Positions 56,209-64,000 of a stretch of 64,000 bases of DNA are shown piece by piece. The number at the start of each line of letters is the position of its first letter. Position 1 is the first letter of the stretch. The translations under genes and the position numbers were made by a program. Source of the stretch: Candidatus Bathyarchaeota archaeon (GTDB taxonomy: Archaea; Thermoproteota; Bathyarchaeia; Bathyarchaeales; Bathycorpusculaceae); assembly GCA_963775685.1 (NCBI GenBank), contig CAVZJV010000014.1:2403401-2467400 (forward strand), given 5' to 3'. The notes beneath the pieces are model-generated. The model did no database searches. It was not told the origin of the DNA and was given only the letters and a program-made list of their open reading frames with translations.

Positions 56209-57574
56209 TTCCTTCCGACACGCCCGACCCGACGCGGCGCACCCTCGCCGCGCTCCCGTTCGCCCTCGCGGGCCTGGGCGCCTGGCCGGGCGCGCTGGCA
56301 CAACCCGTCGCGGGGCCGCCGCGGCTGGCGCTGCTGATCGGCAACCGGGTCTACCCGGCGCCGCACGACCTGCCGCCGGTGCACAAGAACATCCGCGATC
56401 TGACGGCCGCGCTCGAACAGCGCGACTTCCAGGTCACCGCGGCGGTCGACCTCGACCCCGCTGCGCTGCGCCAGGCGATCCAGAAGTTCGCCGCCCGCGC
56501 GGCCGCCTCGCCGCCGGATGCCACGGTGCTGTTCTATTTCACCGGTCACGGCCTTCAGGTCGATGCCGAGAACCTGATGCTGGGCGCCGGCGTCGCGCCC
56601 AATGCCCGCGAGGACACGCTGCTGAACAGCAGCCTGCACCTGACGCGCGACGTCGTCGACCAGTTGCCGAAGCGGCGCACCGGGTTGTCCATTTCGGTCA
56701 TCGACGCATGCCGGGTCGACCTGCGCGCAGCGCTGCGCGAGAACGACGGCTTCAACCAGGTCGAAGCGCCGCCGGGCTGCCTCATCGTCTTTTCGACCGC
56801 CGCCGGAAAGCCGGCGATCGCGTCGGCGAAGGAAACCGACAACACCTTCTACACGGCGTCGCTGGTCAAGCTGCTGCAGACCGCCTCGGACGAACTGTCG
56901 TTCTCGGACCTCTTCCGGCTCGTCAAGCTCGACGTGCAGCAGACGATGCTGAACCACCCGCTGTCGGTGATCCGCCAGTTCGCCCAGGTCCCGTTCATCG
57001 CCGAGAACACGCAGGTGCGCTTCCGGCTCTCGCCCAAGCCCGAGTTCGAGGCACCGCCGACGCCGCAGCCCACCGCCGCCGAGGAAGCCGCGGCCTGGAA
57101 GGACCTCGAGGCCAGCATGTGGCCCGGCGACGTGCTCAAGCTGGCCGAGGAGTACCTGCAGCGCTACCCGCTCAGCGGGCGGATCGGCAGTGTGCAGGTG
57201 TCGCGTGAAGGTGCGAACGAGGCCGTCCGCGCCTTGCGCGGCAACGACGTGCGCCTGTACCGCAGTGCCTTCCAGCCGAAGACGACGCAGGCGGGCTGGC
57301 TGGCCGAATGGCGCAAGGCGGCGCGGGGCGACAAGGACGCCGCCGCTCGCATCGGACGGGCCTACCGCCAGGGCGACGGCGACATCCCCGCCGATGCGAA
57401 CCGCTACGAGGGCTGGCTGCAATACGCCGCGGCCCTCGGGAACGGCATCGCCTGCTACGAACTGGCGGTCTGGTACCGCCGCCAGGGCCAGCCGGTTCCC
57501 GCCGCCCAGTACGAGGCGCGCTCGCGCGAACTCGGCTACACCCCCCGCGCACGCTCGACCACTACCGCAAGTGA
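56205..57574 (+). CDS. Tat-exported caspase-family (peptidase C14) protease with C-terminal Sel1-like repeats; frameshift near 57541
   Basis: GTGA overlap with the TpsA stop. TRRTL...GALA signal, ALLIGNRVY, FYFTGHG (His), VIDACR (Cys), YAAALGNGIACYELA. The true end is probably ...TLDHYRK* at 57574. Confidence 0.88.
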
Positions 57575-57599
57575 GGTACTGCGCCATTCGCAGGCCGAC

Positions 57600-57628
57600 C
57601 TTGCAACGTCACGAACCGGCCCTATAAT
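57600..57628 (+). promoter_or_regulatory. groESL promoter (sigma32-like and/or sigma70-like)
   Basis: CTTGCAA ... CCCTAT, overlapping TATAAT, directly upstream of the CIRCE element. Confidence 0.6.
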
Positions 57629-57635
57629 CGTTCTG

Positions 57636-57662
57636 CTAGCACTCTCAATCAATGAGTGCTAA
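57636..57662 (+). promoter_or_regulatory. CIRCE element (HrcA operator)
   Basis: CTAGCACTC-N9-GAGTGCTAA, one mismatch from the TTAGCACTC-N9-GAGTGCTAA consensus. Confidence 0.93.
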
Positions 57663-57768
57663 CGGTTCGCCGGGATGCCTCGTTCCATCGGTTCGACCGA
57701 AAGTGAATGAGCGCTGACTGCGACTCCATCCTCAGCAGAAGTTCGATTCGAGTCATCAAGGAGATGCT

Positions 57769-58062
57769 ATGAAACTTCGTCCTTTGCACGATCGCGTGAT
57801 CGTCAAGCGCCTGGAACAAGAAACCAAGACCGCTTCGGGCATCGTGATCCCCGACAACGCCGCCGAGAAGCCCGACCAGGGCGAAGTGCTGGCCGTCGGC
57901 CCGGGCAAGCGCAACGAGAAGGGCGACTTCGTCGCCCTGAACATCAAGGTCGGTGACCGCGTGCTGTTCGGCAAGTACAGCGGCCAGACCGTCAAGGTCG
58001 ACGGCGACGAACTGCTGGTGATGCGCGAAGAAGACCTCTTCGCCGTCGTCGAAGGCAAGTGA
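57769..58062 (+). CDS. groES: Co-chaperonin GroES
   Basis: [14 protein letters not shown]...TASGIVIPD...VLFGKYSG. Confidence 0.99.
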   Translation: MKLRPLHDRVIVKRLEQETKTASGIVIPDNAAEKPDQGEVLAVGPGKRNEKGDFVALNIKVGDRVLFGKYSGQTVKVDGDELLVMREEDLFAVVEGK

Positions 58063-58079
58063 CCCGCCACACCCCCTGA

Positions 58080-59750
<1,671 letters not shown>

Positions 59751-59774
59751 GTCCGGCCACACGCCGACACGTCG

Positions 59775-59808
59775 AGAAGGCCGCCGCGAGGCGGCCTTCT
59801 TCCGTTTC
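59775..59808 (+). terminator. Rho-independent terminator of groESL
   Basis: AGAAGGCCGCC-GCGA-GGCGGCCTTCT hairpin followed by a T-containing tract. Confidence 0.75.
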
Positions 59809-59828
59809 GGGGCGACATAATCTCGGCC

Positions 59829-61814
59829 ATGGCCGTCGCCCCGCTGATGCTGCGCTTCGTCGAGGACGAACTCGCCCGCTCGACGGCGCTCGTCGAGCGC
59901 TGCCTGGCGGGCACCGTGCAGCTGTTGCGCGACCACCGCGACGGCGGCCTGACGACCGCGGAGCGAGAGCACCACTTCATGCTGGTCGAAGCGCTGCAAC
60001 GTGGCGCGAGCCGCTACCAGACCGCCTTCCTCGACGCGCTGCGCGACGGCGTCATGCGCGAACTCGCCGCGCAGCCGGACCCGAACGCAGCGGTCGATGC
60101 GCCGGGCGGCGGACTCGAGCTGATGGACGAGTCCCGCGTCGAGGTCGACATCGAGATTTCGCGCGCGATGCAGATCATCGACACGACCGCCGAGTGGGAG
60201 CTGCGCGAGCTGCAGACCTTCACCTCGACCCTGAACGGCCAGCAGCACGTCAGCGCCGAGTCCAATCCGCTGCGCCCGCTCGTGTACGCCACCGCGCTGT
60301 GGAAAGCCGCCGGGGCCGTGGTCACGGTGCAGGCGCAGCAGGCGATCCTGCTGCGCATCTCCTCCGGCGTGATCGCCGGCCTGCTCAAGAATGCCTGGGC
60401 CGCCGCGAGCACGCGGCTCGAGGCCCTGGGGGTGGAGCCCGGCATCTACCGCACCGTGCTGCTGGCGCCGGGGAGCACGCGTGCGCCCGAGTTCGATGCG
60501 ACCCAGCCGGGCGTGCTGGGTTCGCTGCTGGCGCGCATGCCAGGGGCTGCGCCGCATGGCGCCACGCTGCTCGGCCGCTCGTCTCCGGGTACTGCCGCGG
60601 TCGACGGGCGTGTCGTCGAGCTGCTGTCGCGCGTGTTCGCGCTGATCCAGGCCGACACCCAACTGAACGCCGCGTGTCGCGCCGTGCTGGCGCGGCTGCA
60701 GGTGACTGCCCTGCGCGTCGCCCTGCACGACCGCGGCGTGTTCGAGTCGCACGAACATCCGGTGTGGTTGCTGATGGACCGCATCGCGTACGCGGCAGTC
60801 GGCCATCCGGTCCCCGACGACAACCGTCTCGCGGCGCTGCTGGCCTTCTGCGACGCGGTGGCCGAGGAAATCTCGCGCTCGCCGTCCGGCGACACGGCGC
60901 TGTTCCGGCGCGGCGTGGCCCGGGTCGACAGCTTCCTGGCCGAACAGCTCCAGTGGCAGCATCGCGAAGCCGCCGCGACGATCGAGTCGCTGCGACGCCG
61001 CGAAAAGGGCGAACTGCTCGAGCAGCATCTTTCGCAACGCCTGTCCGAGCAGATGGCATCGATGCGTGCGGCTCCGGACATTCGCCGCTTCGTGACCGGG
61101 ACCTGGGCACGCGTGCTGGCCGAGTCGGTGCTGCAGTTCGGCGAGGAGGGCGAGCCGACGCCGACCAACATGAAGACGGTCGACGACCTGCTCTGGAGCC
61201 TGCAGACCCCCGATCACCCGCAGAGTCGCCAGCGCCTGCTCGCGTTGCTGCCGAGCCTGCTTCAGCGGCTTCGCGCCGGCATGACGCTGATCGGCATTGC
61301 GCCGGCGGAGCAGCAGTCGCTGCTCGATCCCCTGATGGCCGTGCACACCGAGGCGCTCCGGCCGGGGCACCGCGCCGGCGGGACGACGCTGACCTCCGAG
61401 CAGATCGTGCAGCGCATGCGCGAAGAGGTCATCGAGGACGCGCCCGCCGCGCGGCCCTTCAGCGACTCGGTGATCGACCTGGCCTCGATGGACACGGTGC
61501 CGGCAGACTTCCTGCACACCGATGTCGGCGGCGGCAGCGTCGAAGTCACCGCGCAACGCGTCGACGCTCTCGTCCCGGGGCAGCGACGGCGCCTGTTCGT
61601 GCAGGGGCGCTGGACCCGCGTCCAGCTGTTGTGGCGCAGCGATCAGGGCCGCTATTTCCTCTTCGCCGGCGAACGGCCGGGCCGCACGCACTCGATCACG
61701 CGGGTCGCGCTCGAGCGGCTCGAGGCCGCCGGGCTGGTGCAGCCGCTGGAGGACAAGTCCCTGGTTCAGCGCACGCTCGACGCGTTGCTGAACCAGATCT
61801 CGCTCGACGCATGA
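59829..61814 (+). CDS. DUF1631-family protein
   Basis: [33 protein letters not shown]...[12 protein letters not shown] pattern. Confidence 0.75.
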   Translation: MAVAPLMLRFVEDELARSTALVERCLAGTVQLLRDHRDGGLTTAEREHHFMLVEALQRGASRYQTAFLDALRDGVMRELAAQPDPNAAVDAPGGGLELMDESRVEVDIEISRAMQIIDTTAEWELRELQTFTSTLNGQQHVSAESNPLRPLVYATALWKAAGAVVTVQAQQAILLRISSGVIAGLLKNAWAAASTRLEALGVEPGIYRTVLLAPGSTRAPEFDATQPGVLGSLLARMPGAAPHGATLLGRSSPGTAAVDGRVVELLSRVFALIQADTQLNAACRAVLARLQVTALRVALHDRGVFESHEHPVWLLMDRIAYAAVGHPVPDDNRLAALLAFCDAVAEEISRSPSGDTALFRRGVARVDSFLAEQLQWQHREAAATIESLRRREKGELLEQHLSQRLSEQMASMRAAPDIRRFVTGTWARVLAESVLQFGEEGEPTPTNMKTVDDLLWSLQTPDHPQSRQRLLALLPSLLQRLRAGMTLIGIAPAEQQSLLDPLMAVHTEALRPGHRAGGTTLTSEQIVQRMREEVIEDAPAARPFSDSVIDLASMDTVPADFLHTDVGGGSVEVTAQRVDALVPGQRRRLFVQGRWTRVQLLWRSDQGRYFLFAGERPGRTHSITRVALERLEAAGLVQPLEDKSLVQRTLDALLNQISLDA

Positions 61815-64000
61815 CGATCCGGCCGCGCTGCCGTTGCGCCTCGCTGATCGTGGGGCTTCTGGTCGCCACCGCCGCGCACGCGCAGTCGCCGGCGCCGGCC
61901 GCGGAAGCAGCTCGCCCGCGCGTTGGCCTCGCGCGCTCGGGCGGTGGCGCTCGCGGACTCTCCCACGTCGGTGTGCTCAAGATCCTGGAACGCGAACGCG
62001 TGCCGATCGACATGATCGCCGGCACGTCGATGGGCGCGATCATCGGCGGCCTGTACGCGAGCGGCATGACTGCCGCGCAGCTCGAGGCGGGCTCCTCAAG
62101 GTCGACTGGAACGCCGTCTTCGCCAGCCGGGTCGACCGCCAGCAGCTCTCGCAGCGTCGCAAGGAAGAGGACTTCGAGATCTCGCCGGTGATCGAGATCG
62201 GCATGCGCGACGGCGAACTGCGCGCGCCGCTGGGGGCGCTCTCGGGGCGCGGGCTGGAGTCGCTGCTGCGCCGCTACACGCTGCCGGTGCGCGACGTGCG
62301 CCGCTTCGATGCGCTGCCGATCCCCTTCCGCGCCGTCGCCACCGACATGGAGACGGGCAAGCCCCTGGTCCTGTCGGAAGGCGACCTCGCGCTCGCGCTG
62401 CGTTCGAGCATGAGCGTGCCCGGCGTGTTCGCACCCACCGAGGTCGACGGCCGCATCCTCGGCGATGGCGGACTTGTCGACAACCTGCCTGTCGACGTGG
62501 TGCGGGCGATGGGCGCGGACATCGTCATCGCCGTCAACATCGGCACCCCGTTGGCGGGCCGCGAGACGCTGTCCTCGGTCGGCGGCCTGACGTCGCAGAT
62601 GATCAACATCCTGACCGAGCAGAACGTGCGGCGCAGCCTCGACGCGCTCGCGCCCCGCGACGTGCTCATCGCGCCCGACCTCGGCCCGCTCGGATCCGGC
62701 GACTTCGAACGCGTGCGTGACCTGATCGCGCGCGGCGAGCGCGGTGCCCTGCCGCTCTCGGCGCGGCTCGCGGCGCTGTCGCTCGACGCTCCCGCCTACG
62801 CCCGCTGGCGCGAGGCGAGGCCCCATGCGGACGCAACTGAAGCGCGCCTGTCGTTCGTGCGCGTCGAAGGCGCCGAGATCAGCCAGCCGCAACGCTTCGT
62901 CGCGCAGCTCGAGTCGAAGCCGGGCCAGCTCTTCGATGCGGCCAAGGCCGAGCGCGATGCGCGCCGCCTCGCCGCCACCGGCGACTACCTGCGCGCCGAC
63001 TACACGCTGGTGCACGGTCCGATGGCGACGGTCTGGTGTTCGACGTCGAGGACAAGCCCTGGGGCCCGCACTACTTCCGCATCGGCCTGGACCTGAGCAC
63101 CGACTTCCGCGGCGGCGGCGGCTTCAACGTGAAGATCAGCCACAACCGCCACTGGCTGGACGCGAACGGCAGTGAATGGCGCAACCGCGTGCAGATCGGC
63201 CAGGCGCCCGGCTGGTTCACCGAGATCTATCACCCGCTGAACTGGACCGTGGGCGCCAGCAACGAGTGGTTCCTCGCCGGCTACGGCGAAGTCGCGCGGC
63301 GCACCGTGACCGTCTACGACAACGACAGCGGCGCCAAGCTCGCGCGCTTCGAACGCGGCCTGGCGCGCGTCGGCGTCGACCTCGGCCAGCCCTGGGGCGA
63401 GTTCGGCGAGTTGCGCGCAGGGCTCACGCACGTCGTGCAGCGCGTCGATCCCGACATCCTTTCGGCGGGCTTTCCGGTCGTCACCGGCGCGATCACCGAA
63501 CGCGAAACCGGCCTGCGGCTTGCGACGGTGATCGACCAGCTCGACTTCGCAAACTTTCCGCAGCGCGGCTTCCGCGTCAAAGGCGAGGCCGTGACCGGAC
63601 ACCGCACACTGTCGCTGACGACCGAGCGCGAGCGCTTCACGCGCATCGAAGGCGACGCGCTGCACGCTGGAACCTGGCAGCGCGACACGCTCAACGCCTA
63701 CGTGCGCGCGCAGAAGGCCGCCTCGACGGGAACGGGCGGCATCGGTCGCTACACGCTCGGCGGATTCCACCAGCTGTCGGGCTACGAGCCGGAGCAGCTG
63801 AACGGAAGTGCCGTGCTGTTCGGCCGGCTGAACGTGGTACCGACGCTCCTCGCAGGTACCGCTGTTCACGCGGGGGCTCTTCGTAGGCGCGACGCTCGAA
63901 GCCGGCAATGCCTGGGCGCAGGCGAGCGAGGTGAACCTCGGCGACCTGCGGACCGGCACGAGCCTGTTCGTCGGCGCCGACACGGGCCTCGGGCCGGTCT
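61811..64000 (+). CDS. Patatin-like phospholipase-POTRA-Omp85 barrel protein (type Vd, PlpD-like), frameshifted and 3'-truncated
   Basis: ATG overlapping the previous stop, signal peptide, SGGGARG, GTSMG, SMSVPG and DGG catalytic motifs, followed by POTRA and barrel-like sequence. Frameshifts near 62090, 63018 and 63835. Confidence 0.85.

Overview
The window joins two unrelated genomes, with an abrupt break at about 38,630. Positions 1-38,630 are moderately AT-rich archaeal DNA, most consistent with Bathyarchaeia (archaeal 16S rRNA, TFB, aIF-1/SUI1, tRNA-Gln with an A1-U72 pair, A-type ATP synthase). This part holds a Pat-type acyl-CoA synthetase/GNAT fusion, a PAP2/radical SAM/GT2 cluster, a rearranged ATP synthase locus (atpI inverted, a USP gene inserted), a stand-alone 16S gene, a candidate hairpin sRNA, and a highly divergent tubulin/FtsZ-fold gene head-to-head with a large membrane/helical protein. 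Positions 38,631-64,000 are very GC-rich betaproteobacterial (Burkholderiales-like) DNA with many single-base frameshifts that look like long-read errors. This part holds T6SS genes (tssA-tssB-tssC and three tandem hcp-family genes), a two-partner secretion pair (TpsB and a ~10.9-kb TpsA) coupled to a Tat-exported caspase-family protease, CIRCE-groES-groEL, a DUF1631-like gene and a PlpD-like patatin-POTRA-barrel gene. Both genes at the junction are truncated and no mobility signature is visible, so the join is most likely a chimeric read, assembly or concatenation rather than horizontal transfer. The best candidates for undescribed systems are (1) the archaeal degenerate tubulin/FtsZ plus membrane-protein pair and (2) the TpsB-TpsA-periplasmic caspase module. 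All family calls come from manual motif recognition; no searches were run.
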